From an uncultured Acidobacteriota bacterium (GTDB lineage Bacteria; Acidobacteriota; Terriglobia; Acidiferrales; UBA7541): a DNA stretch of 64,000 nucleotides. The stretch is taken from positions 97,267-161,266 of the forward strand of contig CAVVIP010000002.1 in assembly GCA_963748395.1 (NCBI GenBank), written 5' to 3'. The translations under genes and the position numbers were made by a program. Under the pieces are notes generated by a model. It was given only the letters and a program-made list of their open reading frames with translations, was not told the origin of the DNA and did not search any database. This document shows, piece after piece, positions 38,101 to 45,786 of the stretch; the stretch's first letter is position 1; each line of letters begins with the position of its first letter.

Positions 38101-38787
38101 GAGAAGAAGTACGGCAAGGACCAGATGCGCAGGTTCCTGAGGCACGAGGTTGATTCCTACCTGCGCGGGCGCGGCGGCGAAGTCCGTCACGAACCGCCGC
38201 TGGTGCTGGTACAACGCGAGCCGTACGTCTGGTACTACAAAGGCGGCCTGGTGATGTATACCCTTGCTGATTATATCGGCGAGGACAAGGTCAACCTGGC
38301 GCTGCACAATTTCCTGATGAAATACCGCTACGCCAACGCCGAAAATCCCCAGTCGGAGCCGTATCCGGACACGCGCGAATTGGTCGCAGCGCTTCGCGAA
38401 CAAACGCCGCCCGAGCTGCAGTATCTGATCACCGATGGTTTTGAATCCATCGTGCTGTACGACAACAAGGCTCTGAGCGCCGTGGTGACTCCAACGGACG
38501 ACCACAAGTACAAAGTGACACTGACGGTGCAGGCGCGCAAAGTGAAAGCGGATGGCAACGGAAACGAAAGCCCCATGTCGTTGAACGATTACATTGACGT
38601 AGGAGTGTTTAGCGGCAAGAAGGACGAGGAAAAACCGCTATCGCTGAAAAAAGAAAAGTTCACGCAAGAACAGCAAACCTTCGAGATCGTGGTGGACGAG
38701 ATGCCCACGCGCGCAGGCATCGATCCCTACAACAAACTGGTGGACCGGATCTCCGACGACAACACAATTGATGTGACCAAGCGGTAG
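35146..38787 (+). CDS. ABC-2-type permease (duplicated, ~13 TM) fused to M1-family zinc metallopeptidase
   Basis: Twelve-plus-one hydrophobic helices in aa 1-610. Soluble aa ~610-1213 carry HELGHQWWGH (nt 37993..) and a downstream LAEY Glu. RIMEF stands in place of the GxMEN motif. Single uninterrupted 1213-codon frame. Confidence 0.88.
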   Translation: MNLFWEFFKFELKFRCKSLSTYVYFFMWFAFSFLSVASENFGPIGFNNGKVLLNGPFAIATYYWYSTLFGLIVIAAIFGTSILRDFQRDTYQILFTKPISKFAYLGGRWAGSFVTTVFAFSGMIFGTFLGTFAPWADHLRIGPNHLSWYLQPFFSIVVVQIFFLGSLFFAVAALSRKIFVVYLQGVALFMLYIIGLTVFSATRSLERFWSGIFDPIGLLLFDDITRYWTVAEKNVLSLSWSTHVAAGVFLYNRLLWLSVGFISLAAVWVLFPMSVEALTARAQGRRAAKAKQQEAFEARPKRSLVAAQLPKVHPVFGPATTWAQLWSLSRMRISTILHEVSFWAITGLLVAFAINNGYFAGRIAEQNVWPVTYLMVQAVEGSSILFFYIVATLYAAELVWRERDVHADGIHDSLPMPEGVDWLSKLAAIATVELILLTLTMFCGVFMQTLAGYHRYEFLQYFKELYIVTFPQVMTFALLALFVQTVVSNKFIGHGIALGVFVITPILYNFGWENTLYLFGFIPPYTYSDLNGYGHFVPALFWSITYWLAIAAFLGVLSIALTRRGSDDGWRARWQLAGARFPKLAPAAIVFVLIAIGSGAWYYYNAHVLNEYLTAKQRRGIQADYERNYKKYENLPQPKVTAVDAQVDIEPARRSFSGTGTFTMQNKNASPVSEIHITNPRQSVSDVKFDRPFRQVSCGARNIYCIYALEQPLAPGETTKMTFRVGHTTHGFKDGNEPPEFAYNGTFFDSDYFPHIGYNQGIELDDPRRRREEKLGPLEEMAPRGDATQSLYNLFSKDSDWITYHTVVSTSSDQIAIAPGYLKRAWEQDGRHYFEYDMAPTHIANFYAYLSARYDVRREQYKGTNLEVYYTPGHEFDVADMLAASKGGLDYYQANFSPYQFAQYRIMEFPRYRNFAQSFPNTIPYSEGIGFISRVKEKKDIDFTYFVTAHELGHQWWGHQLIGGNVQGSNMMSETLAEYSALMVMEKKYGKDQMRRFLRHEVDSYLRGRGGEVRHEPPLVLVQREPYVWYYKGGLVMYTLADYIGEDKVNLALHNFLMKYRYANAENPQSEPYPDTRELVAALREQTPPELQYLITDGFESIVLYDNKALSAVVTPTDDHKYKVTLTVQARKVKADGNGNESPMSLNDYIDVGVFSGKKDEEKPLSLKKEKFTQEQQTFEIVVDEMPTRAGIDPYNKLVDRISDDNTIDVTKR

Positions 38788-38843
38788 GTTTGTTCCTCGC
38801 GGCAAACTCTAGTCCTGCAAAACCATCATAGACAAAAGGAAAA

Positions 38844-38920
38844 TGGCGCGCCCGGAGGGATTCGAACCCCCGACCCTCTGCTTAGAAGGCAGACGCTCTT
38901 TCCAACTGAGCTACGGGCGC
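38844..38920 (-). tRNA. tRNA-Arg (anticodon UCU)
   Basis: Reverse complement reads GCGCCCGTAGCTCAGTTGGAAAGAGCGTCTGCCTTCTAAGCAGAGGGTCGGGGGTTCGAATCCCTCCGGGCGCGCCA. Acceptor GCGCCCG/CGGGCGC, anticodon loop CUUCUAA, T-loop GGTTCGAATCC, encoded CCA. Confidence 0.95.
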
Positions 38921-39308
38921 AAGCTAGATGAGCTTCAGTCTAGAGTATTTTAGGCCCAAGCTGGAAGCGTAGAATTTGCAGTTTGACTCAGTCTGCAGCA
39001 ATAGTCGCCCCGCTCGCTCGCAGTCGCGAAAACATGTAAACCGAAAAGTTCCTTCGCGGGTTGTGGCCAGCTAATTAATGACCCGCGAAGGGAACGGCCC
39101 CGCAACGAACACTCTCTGCTCTGTCGCACCCAGCCTTTCGCCCTCCATGGTCTATACGACACCTGTCTGCAAACCCGCCTTGACCTTACTTGACGCTGGT
39201 ATAAGCTTGGACTCCCCTTCAAGAAAATCGACGTGGCAACAGGCTGCCCTCTTTCAGCCTTCAGAGCCTCGCCGGTAGTTGAACTTCCCCCTCTCAAGGT
39301 GGTGTGTG

Positions 39309-42300
39309 ATGACGACGTCGTCTCTACTGAGCCGCAAGGTGCAGCTCACGTTCGGGTCTGCCATTGCGTGCCTCCTCGCCTTGAGTGCCATCGCCTATCG
39401 CGGCATGGTCGTCTCTGGCGAAAGCGACCAGTGGGTGCGGCACACGCACGCCGTTCTTGAGCAACTTCACGAACTGCAGTCCGCCATGCTCGGCATTGAA
39501 TCCAGCTATCGCGGATTTGTATTAACTGGCAACGAATCCTACGTCGCGGCCTACCGTGCGAGCATTGCAACCGCCACCCAGGACGAAGGCAACATTCGCG
39601 ACTGGACAGCTGATAACCCCGCACAGCAGAGCCGTCTGCCGGCCCTCGAAAAGCTGACTGCGCAGAAAATTCAATTCGGCGAGACGGTCATCGGCTTGCG
39701 CAGGACCACGGGTCTGGAGGCGGCGGCGACGGCCATTCAAACCGGCCTAGGCCAGCAGACCATGGATGATTTTCAACGGGTTGTTGGTGAGATGCAGGAC
39801 GAAGAGCTGCGATTGTTGGTGCAACGCGACGCGGACGCGCGGCGCCATGTCGTCCAGACCAAGTCGATTCTAGTATTCGGAACCATCTTGGGCTTCCTGA
39901 TTGTCTCGGCCGCTGGCTGGAGCGTCCAGCGCGACCAATCAGCATTGGGAGTTGCGGAGGATGCCCTGCGCGAAGGCGAGGGACGTTTTCGCACCCTGGC
40001 GAATAGCATCTCTCAGCTGGCCTGGATGGCGGATGAGAAGGGCTACATCTTCTGGTACAACGACCGATGGTTTGAGTACACCGGCACGACTCTTGCCGAG
40101 ATGGCTGGCTGGGGCTGGCAAAAAGTCCATCATCCGGACCACGTTCAGCAGGTTGTGGACAAGATCACCAAGTGCTTCCAAACAGGCCAGGTCTGGGAAG
40201 ACACCTTTCCCCTTCGCGGCAAGGATGGCACGTACCGCCTTTTCCTTTCGCGGGCTATTCCCATTCGCGATGCGAAGGGCAACGTACTGCGCTGGTTCGG
40301 CACGAACACCGACATCAGCGAAACCAAGGAGTCTGGAGTGAAGTATCGCGGACTTCTCGAGGCGGCTCCCGACGCCATGGTGGTCGTGAATCAGAGCGGG
40401 GAGATCGTTCTATTGAACGCCCGCGCGGAGACCGAGTTCGGATACCGCCGCGACGAACTCCTCGGACAACAGGTCAAAACCATCATCCCCATCGGATTCG
40501 CGGAACGTCTGATCGCCGACGGCACTCGCAGCGCTGCTGACGCCCTTGCCCAGCAGATCGGCACCGGTATCGAACTCAGCGGACGCCGCAAGAACGGCAG
40601 TGAGTTCCCTATCGAGATCATGCTCAGCCCCCTGGAAAGCGCTGAAGGAATCCTGGTGACCGCGGCGATTCGCGACATCAGCGTGCGTAAGGCCGCAGAA
40701 AAACATCTCGGCCAGATGGAGGGCAGGTACCGCGGCCTGTTGGAAGCCGCTCCCGACGCCATGGTAGTGGTGGACCAGAACGGAAAGATCGTTCTGCTGA
40801 ATGCGCGTGCGGAAAATGAATTTGGGTACCGCCGCGATGAACTCCTCGGGCAACAGGTGATCACTATTATCCCGCGGGGCTTCGCAGAACGGTTGATCGC
40901 CGATGGCACTCGCAGCGCTGCTGACGCCCTTGCCCAGCAGATCGGCACCGGTATCGAACTCAGCGGACGCCGCAAAAACGGCAGCGAGTTTCCCATCGAG
41001 ATCATGCTCAGTCCACTGGAAAGCGCTGAAGGAATCCTGGTGACCGCAGCGATTCGCGACATCAGCGTGCGTAAGGCCGCAGAAAAACATCTCGGCCAGA
41101 TGGAAGGCAGGTACCGCGGCCTGCTGGAGGCCGCGCCCGACGCCATGGTCGTCGTAGACCGCGTTGGAAAAATCGTCTTGCTCAATGCACGCGCGGAAAA
41201 CGAGTTTGGTTACCGCCGCGATGAACTCCTCGGCCAGCAGGTAAAAACCATCATCCCCGTCGGGTTCGCAGAGCGACTGATTGCCGATGGCACCCGCAGC
41301 GCCGCCGACGCCCTCGCCCAGCAGATCGGCACCGGTATCGAACTCAGCGGACGCCGCAAAAACGGCAGCGAGTTTCCCATCGAGATCATGCTCAGTCCAC
41401 TGGAAAGCGCTGAAGGAATCCTGATCACCGCAGCGATTCGCGACATCAGCGTGCGTAAGGCCGCAGAAAAACATCTCGGCCAGATGGAAGGCAGGTACCG
41501 CGGCCTGCTGGAGGCCGCGCCCGACGCCATGGTCGTCGTAGACCGCGTTGGAAAAATCGTCTTGCTCAATGCACGCGCGGAAAACGAGTTTGGTTACCGC
41601 CGCGATGAACTCCTCGGCCAGCAGGTAAAAACCATCATCCCCGTCGGGTTCGCAGAGCGACTGATTGCCGATGGCACCCGCAGCGCCGCCGAGGCCCTTG
41701 CCCAGCAGATCGGCACCGGAATCGAACTCAGCGGGCGCCGCAAAGACGGCAGCGAGTTTCCCATCGAGATCATGCTCAGTCCACTGGAAAGCGCTGAGGG
41801 AATCCTGGTCACGGCGGCAATCCGAGACATCACCACGCGTAAGAATGCTGAGCTCCAACTTCTCAGCAAAGTGGGCGAGTTGAACCGCTCCAACCTGGAG
41901 TTGGGACAATTTGCCTACATCGCCTCGCACGATCTGCAGGAGCCGCTGCGCATGGTGGCCAGTTACACGCAGCTTCTTTCCAGACGCTATAAAGGAAGGC
42001 TGGACTCCGATGCCGATGAGTTCATCGCCTTCGCGGTGGATGGCGCCGGCCGCATGCAGCGCTTGATCCAGGACCTGCTGGCCTATTCGCGCGTCGGGAC
42101 CAAGGGAAACGAACTGCTCGAAACCTCCAGCGAGGAAGCGATGCAACAGGCGCTCATCAATCTGCGCGAAGCCATCCGCGAAAGCGGCGCACTAGTGACC
42201 CACGATCCCATGCCGGCTGTGCTGGCCGACGAAATGCAGCTCGTTCAGCTGTTTCAAAACCTCATCGGCAACGCCATCAAGTACCAGAAACCCGGAATCC

Positions 42301-42605
42301 CCCGGATACACATTTCCGCCGCCATGGATGGCGGAAAGAAATGGATATTTTCCGTGAAAGATAACGGGCTGGGGATTGATCCGCAGTACTTCGAACGAAT
42401 CTTTGGCATGTTCCAGCGGCTCCACAAGCGCGACGAATTTGCCGGCACCGGCATCGGATTGGCCATCTGCAAAAAAATTGTCGAGCGGCACGGCGGCAGC
42501 ATTTCCGTCGAGTCGGCGCCTGGACAAGGTTCCACATTTCGATTTGCTCTGACGGGAAGCGCAGCGAAGTCATTCGAGTCATCCAAGGAGTTAGTATGCC
42601 CATAG
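39309..42605 (+). CDS. sensor histidine kinase: TM-CHASE3-TM, five PAS domains, HisKA, HATPase_c
   Basis: CHASE3 hallmarks (WVRHTHAVL..., YRGFVLTGNESYVAAY) sit between two TM helices. PAS domains. H-box FAYIASHDLQEPLR. N/G boxes NLIGNAIKY, DNGLGID, GTGIGLAICKKIV. ATG 39309 is chosen over the listed 39279. Confidence 0.9.
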   Translation: MTTSSLLSRKVQLTFGSAIACLLALSAIAYRGMVVSGESDQWVRHTHAVLEQLHELQSAMLGIESSYRGFVLTGNESYVAAYRASIATATQDEGNIRDWTADNPAQQSRLPALEKLTAQKIQFGETVIGLRRTTGLEAAATAIQTGLGQQTMDDFQRVVGEMQDEELRLLVQRDADARRHVVQTKSILVFGTILGFLIVSAAGWSVQRDQSALGVAEDALREGEGRFRTLANSISQLAWMADEKGYIFWYNDRWFEYTGTTLAEMAGWGWQKVHHPDHVQQVVDKITKCFQTGQVWEDTFPLRGKDGTYRLFLSRAIPIRDAKGNVLRWFGTNTDISETKESGVKYRGLLEAAPDAMVVVNQSGEIVLLNARAETEFGYRRDELLGQQVKTIIPIGFAERLIADGTRSAADALAQQIGTGIELSGRRKNGSEFPIEIMLSPLESAEGILVTAAIRDISVRKAAEKHLGQMEGRYRGLLEAAPDAMVVVDQNGKIVLLNARAENEFGYRRDELLGQQVITIIPRGFAERLIADGTRSAADALAQQIGTGIELSGRRKNGSEFPIEIMLSPLESAEGILVTAAIRDISVRKAAEKHLGQMEGRYRGLLEAAPDAMVVVDRVGKIVLLNARAENEFGYRRDELLGQQVKTIIPVGFAERLIADGTRSAADALAQQIGTGIELSGRRKNGSEFPIEIMLSPLESAEGILITAAIRDISVRKAAEKHLGQMEGRYRGLLEAAPDAMVVVDRVGKIVLLNARAENEFGYRRDELLGQQVKTIIPVGFAERLIADGTRSAAEALAQQIGTGIELSGRRKDGSEFPIEIMLSPLESAEGILVTAAIRDITTRKNAELQLLSKVGELNRSNLELGQFAYIASHDLQEPLRMVASYTQLLSRRYKGRLDSDADEFIAFAVDGAGRMQRLIQDLLAYSRVGTKGNELLETSSEEAMQQALINLREAIRESGALVTHDPMPAVLADEMQLVQLFQNLIGNAIKYQKPGIPRIHISAAMDGGKKWIFSVKDNGLGIDPQYFERIFGMFQRLHKRDEFAGTGIGLAICKKIVERHGGSISVESAPGQGSTFRFALTGSAAKSFESSKELVCP
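40341..41830 (+). repeat. 384-nt tandem repeat x ~3.9 (one PAS domain per unit) inside the kinase gene
   Basis: Unit starts at 40341, 40725, 41109 and 41493. Units 3 and 4 are identical over their first 200 nt. Units 2 and 3 are near-identical over their 3' ~150 nt. Confidence 0.95.
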
Positions 42606-43030
42606 AAGTTCTCTTGGTCGAAGATAGCCCGGGCGATGTCCGCCTGACGCAGGAAGCATTCCGCAATGCCAATCAGTTCGTGCATTTGCACATCGCCAGG
42701 GACGGCGTAGACGCCCTGGCCTTTCTCAGGCAAGAAGGCGACCACGTACATGCTCCTCGTCCCGACCTTATATTGCTGGATCTGAACCTCCCCAAAATGG
42801 ACGGCCGCGAGGTGCTGGCTCACATCAAGGATAACGACAGCCTGAAAGCAATCCCCACTGTGATCCTCACCACCTCCGAGTCCCAATTGGACATCGTAAA
42901 GAGCTATCAGCTGCAAGCAAACTGCTACCTCACCAAGCCGGTGAAGCTGGACGCGTTCGAGGCTCTGGTGATGAGTATCAACGACTTTTGGCTAACGAAG
43001 GTCAAGCTGCCGCAGCCGCTAAAAGTTTGA
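42596..43030 (+). CDS. single-domain response regulator (CheY/Rcp1-like receiver)
   Basis: VLLVEDSPGD, DLILLDLNLPKMDG (phospho-acceptor Asp), LTTS, KP motifs. Overlaps the kinase stop by 10 nt. Confidence 0.9.
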   Translation: MPIEVLLVEDSPGDVRLTQEAFRNANQFVHLHIARDGVDALAFLRQEGDHVHAPRPDLILLDLNLPKMDGREVLAHIKDNDSLKAIPTVILTTSESQLDIVKSYQLQANCYLTKPVKLDAFEALVMSINDFWLTKVKLPQPLKV

Positions 43031-43109
43031 CGCCCAGCAGAGCGTCAGAAGCAGAACTCGTGCGACGTGACGCATTTCGCCTGACATTGGAAGTTAGCGG
43101 GAGGAGATT

Positions 43110-43556
43110 ATGAAAACGATCGAAGGAGTTCGCAGGTCCATAGAGGTGCTACTGGTCGAAGACAGTCCCGGGGACGTCCGTTTGACCCAGGAAGCTTTTC
43201 GCGAGGCCAATGAGTTCGTACATTTGCACGTGACCACCGACGGCGTGGAGGCCATGGCCTTCCTGAGACGCGAGGGCGTCCACGCGCAAGCCCCTCGTCC
43301 GGACCTCATCTTGCTGGATCTAAACCTTCCCAGGATGGATGGCCGCGAGGTTCTGGCTTATATCAAAGACGACCCCAGCCTCAAAACCATCCCCACGGTG
43401 ATCCTCACCACCTCGGAAGCAGAGGCGGACATCGTGAAAAGCTATCAACTCCAAGCGAACTGTTATCTCAGCAAGCCCGTGCAGCTGGACGCCTTCGAGA
43501 CTCTGGTGAAGAGCATCAATACCTACTGGCTGACGGAAGCGAAATTGCCGCAGTAG
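43110..43556 (+). CDS. single-domain response regulator, paralogue of 42596..43030
   Basis: Same receiver motifs. About four fifths of residues are identical to the preceding gene by eye. SD GGGAGGAG upstream. Confidence 0.9.
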   Translation: MKTIEGVRRSIEVLLVEDSPGDVRLTQEAFREANEFVHLHVTTDGVEAMAFLRREGVHAQAPRPDLILLDLNLPRMDGREVLAYIKDDPSLKTIPTVILTTSEAEADIVKSYQLQANCYLSKPVQLDAFETLVKSINTYWLTEAKLPQ

Positions 43557-43567
43557 AGGTAATCCGA

Positions 43568-45676
43568 ATGTGGAAGAAGCCAATCAAGCTGCTGCTGCTC
43601 GTCGAAGATAATCCCGGCGACGCTCGCTTGCTCCGTGAGATGTTCCATGAGCAAGGTTCGGACGACACTGAATTGATTCACGTGGAGTGCTTGAGCGAGG
43701 CCGAGAAGCAGCTCGCAAAACATGTGTTCGACATTATCCTGCTGGACCTCGGGTTACCCGATTCACAGGGACTCGAAGCGGTACGGCGGGCCCGCACAGC
43801 CGCGCCGCGCGTTCCCCTGGTCGTCCTGACGGGTTTGGACGACGAGTCGCTGGCCACCCAAGCCCTGCAAGAAGGCGCGCAAGACTATCTGATTAAAGGC
43901 CAAATTGAGGCGCGCGGCCTCATGCGGGCCGTGCGCTACGCCGTCGAGCGCAAGACCATGGAAGAAGTGCTGTTCGTCGAGAAGGAGCGCGCTCAAGTCA
44001 CCCTCAACAGCATCGGCGACGCCGTGGTTTGCACGGACATCTCCGGAAATATCACCTTCGTCAACCTCGTTGCCGAAAAAATGATGGGCTGGTCATGGGC
44101 AGAGGCTGCCGGCCGGCCCATGGCCGAAGTCTTCCGCATCCTGGAAGGGACCAGACTCGAAATCGCCCCGAACCCCATGGAAATGGCGGTGGGGCAAAAC
44201 CGCACGGTGCACTTGCCCTCCAGCTGCACCCTCATTCGGCGTGACGGATTTGAGATTCCCATCGAAGACTCTGTTGCACCCATCCACGACCGCGAAGGCC
44301 AGGCCACCGGAGCGGTCATCGTCTTCCGCGACGTCAGTGCGGCTCGTGCCATGGCCGTGGAGATGGCGCATTCCGCCCAGCACGACTTTCTCACCGGTTT
44401 GCCCAACCGCACGCTGGTGAACGACCGCGTCAATCAAGCCATCGGGCTGGCATCGCGTCACGACAAGAAAGTGGCGGTGCTCTTTCTGGACCTGGATGGC
44501 TTCAAACACATTAACGATTCTCTGGGGCACCCTACCGGAGACAAACTTCTGCAATCGATTACCAAACGCCTGGTGAATTGCGTGCGCGCCTCGGACACCG
44601 TCAGCCGCCAGGGAGGCGATGAATTCGTCGTGGTGCTGCCGGAAATCGACCAAGCCGAGGATGCTGCGATCACCGCGAGAAGAATGCTGAAGACCGTCGC
44701 GGACGCTCATTCCATCGTGCCGCACGATCTGCACGTCACCGCCAGCATTGGCGTCAGCGTCTATCCCGACGACGGCCTGGACGCCGAGACCCTCATCAAG
44801 AACGCGGACACCGCCATGTATCAGGCCAAGGAAAATGGCCGCCAGAGTTACCAGTTTTTCAAGCCCGCCATGAACGTTCGTGCCGTGGAGCGCCAGTCCA
44901 TCGAGGAAAGTTTGCGGCGCGCTCTCGAACGCCAGGAATTCGCACTGCACTATCAGCCCAAGATCAATCTCAAGACCGGAGAAATCGCCGGCGCGGAAGC
45001 ATTGATCCGCTGGACCCATCCCCTGCGCGGGCTGGTCCCGCCAGGGGATTTCATTCCCGTTGCCGAAGACCGCGGCCTGATCGTCCCCATCGGCAATTGG
45101 GTCCTGCGCGAAGCGTGCGCCCAAGCGCAGGCCTGGGTGCGCGCGGGCCTGCCCCTGGCCACCATGGCGGTAAACATTTCCGCAATGGAGTTTCGCAATG
45201 ACAATTTCTTGCAGGGCGTGTTCGCAATCCTCGACGAAACGGGTCTGGATCCCACCGCTCTGGAGCTCGAGCTCACCGAAAGTGTTCTCATGAAACGCGC
45301 AGAATCCACGCAATCTATCCTGAAAACTTTGCGCGCCAGAGGTGTGCAGCTGGCCGTGGATGACTTCGGCACGGGTTACTCCAGCTTGAGTTACCTCAGA
45401 AAGTTCCCCATAGACGCCCTCAAAATCGACCAGTCGTTTGTCCGCCAGATCACCACGGCCCCCGACGATACTTCCATCGTAACCGCCGTGATCAGCATGG
45501 GCCGCAGCCTCAAGCTGCGCGTGATCGCCGAAGGCGTGGAAACCCAGGAAGAGTTGGCATTTCTTCAGGCTCACGAATGTGAGGAAGCGCAGGGATACTA
45601 TTTCAGCCGGCCCGTCGTCGCCCAGCAGTTCGCCGAGTTGCTCAAGACCGGTATATCAGAAACTGTCATTCACTGA
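43568..45676 (+). CDS. response regulator receiver - PAS - GGDEF - EAL protein (c-di-GMP turnover)
   Basis: Receiver (DIILLDLGLPD). PAS. Intact GGDEF (RQGGDEFVV). Intact EAL (GAEALIRW, DDFGTGYSSLSYL, EGVET). Confidence 0.92.
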   Translation: MWKKPIKLLLLVEDNPGDARLLREMFHEQGSDDTELIHVECLSEAEKQLAKHVFDIILLDLGLPDSQGLEAVRRARTAAPRVPLVVLTGLDDESLATQALQEGAQDYLIKGQIEARGLMRAVRYAVERKTMEEVLFVEKERAQVTLNSIGDAVVCTDISGNITFVNLVAEKMMGWSWAEAAGRPMAEVFRILEGTRLEIAPNPMEMAVGQNRTVHLPSSCTLIRRDGFEIPIEDSVAPIHDREGQATGAVIVFRDVSAARAMAVEMAHSAQHDFLTGLPNRTLVNDRVNQAIGLASRHDKKVAVLFLDLDGFKHINDSLGHPTGDKLLQSITKRLVNCVRASDTVSRQGGDEFVVVLPEIDQAEDAAITARRMLKTVADAHSIVPHDLHVTASIGVSVYPDDGLDAETLIKNADTAMYQAKENGRQSYQFFKPAMNVRAVERQSIEESLRRALERQEFALHYQPKINLKTGEIAGAEALIRWTHPLRGLVPPGDFIPVAEDRGLIVPIGNWVLREACAQAQAWVRAGLPLATMAVNISAMEFRNDNFLQGVFAILDETGLDPTALELELTESVLMKRAESTQSILKTLRARGVQLAVDDFGTGYSSLSYLRKFPIDALKIDQSFVRQITTAPDDTSIVTAVISMGRSLKLRVIAEGVETQEELAFLQAHECEEAQGYYFSRPVVAQQFAELLKTGISETVIH

Positions 45677-45757
45677 ACGCAGCATCCCCGCTGTTCCCAT
45701 CGAATTGGCTACACCTCAGAGAGAATCCTGCCCTGCGTCACCCTTTGCACTATTTCC

Positions 45758-45786
45758 TTGACAACAGTTTCCTAGGATACTAATAT
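45758..45786 (+). promoter_or_regulatory. sigma70-type promoter (TTGACA-17 nt-TAATAT)
   Basis: TTGACA at 45758..45763, 17-nt spacer, TAATAT at 45781..45786. The -10 element overlaps the annotated ATG (45785) of the marR gene. Confidence 0.55.

Noticed and set aside
40341-41830. Regularly spaced repeats as a possible CRISPR array
   Set aside because: The repeat unit is 384 nt, contiguous without spacers, in frame and encodes PAS domains. No cas genes are present.
40410-42146. 578-aa ORF (plus 264-, 119- and 99-aa ORFs) antisense to the PAS-repeat region. Similar long antisense or alternate-frame ORFs occur at 4300..5109, 14753..15859, 19445..20572, 23524..24807, 44093..45574, 50465..51685, 54358..55578 and 11275..11949.
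   Set aside because: Each lies opposite or out of frame to a gene with clear family motifs. Their products are Arg/Gly/Ala/His-rich low-complexity strings typical of stop-poor shadow frames in GC-rich DNA. None has an SD or a recognisable motif.
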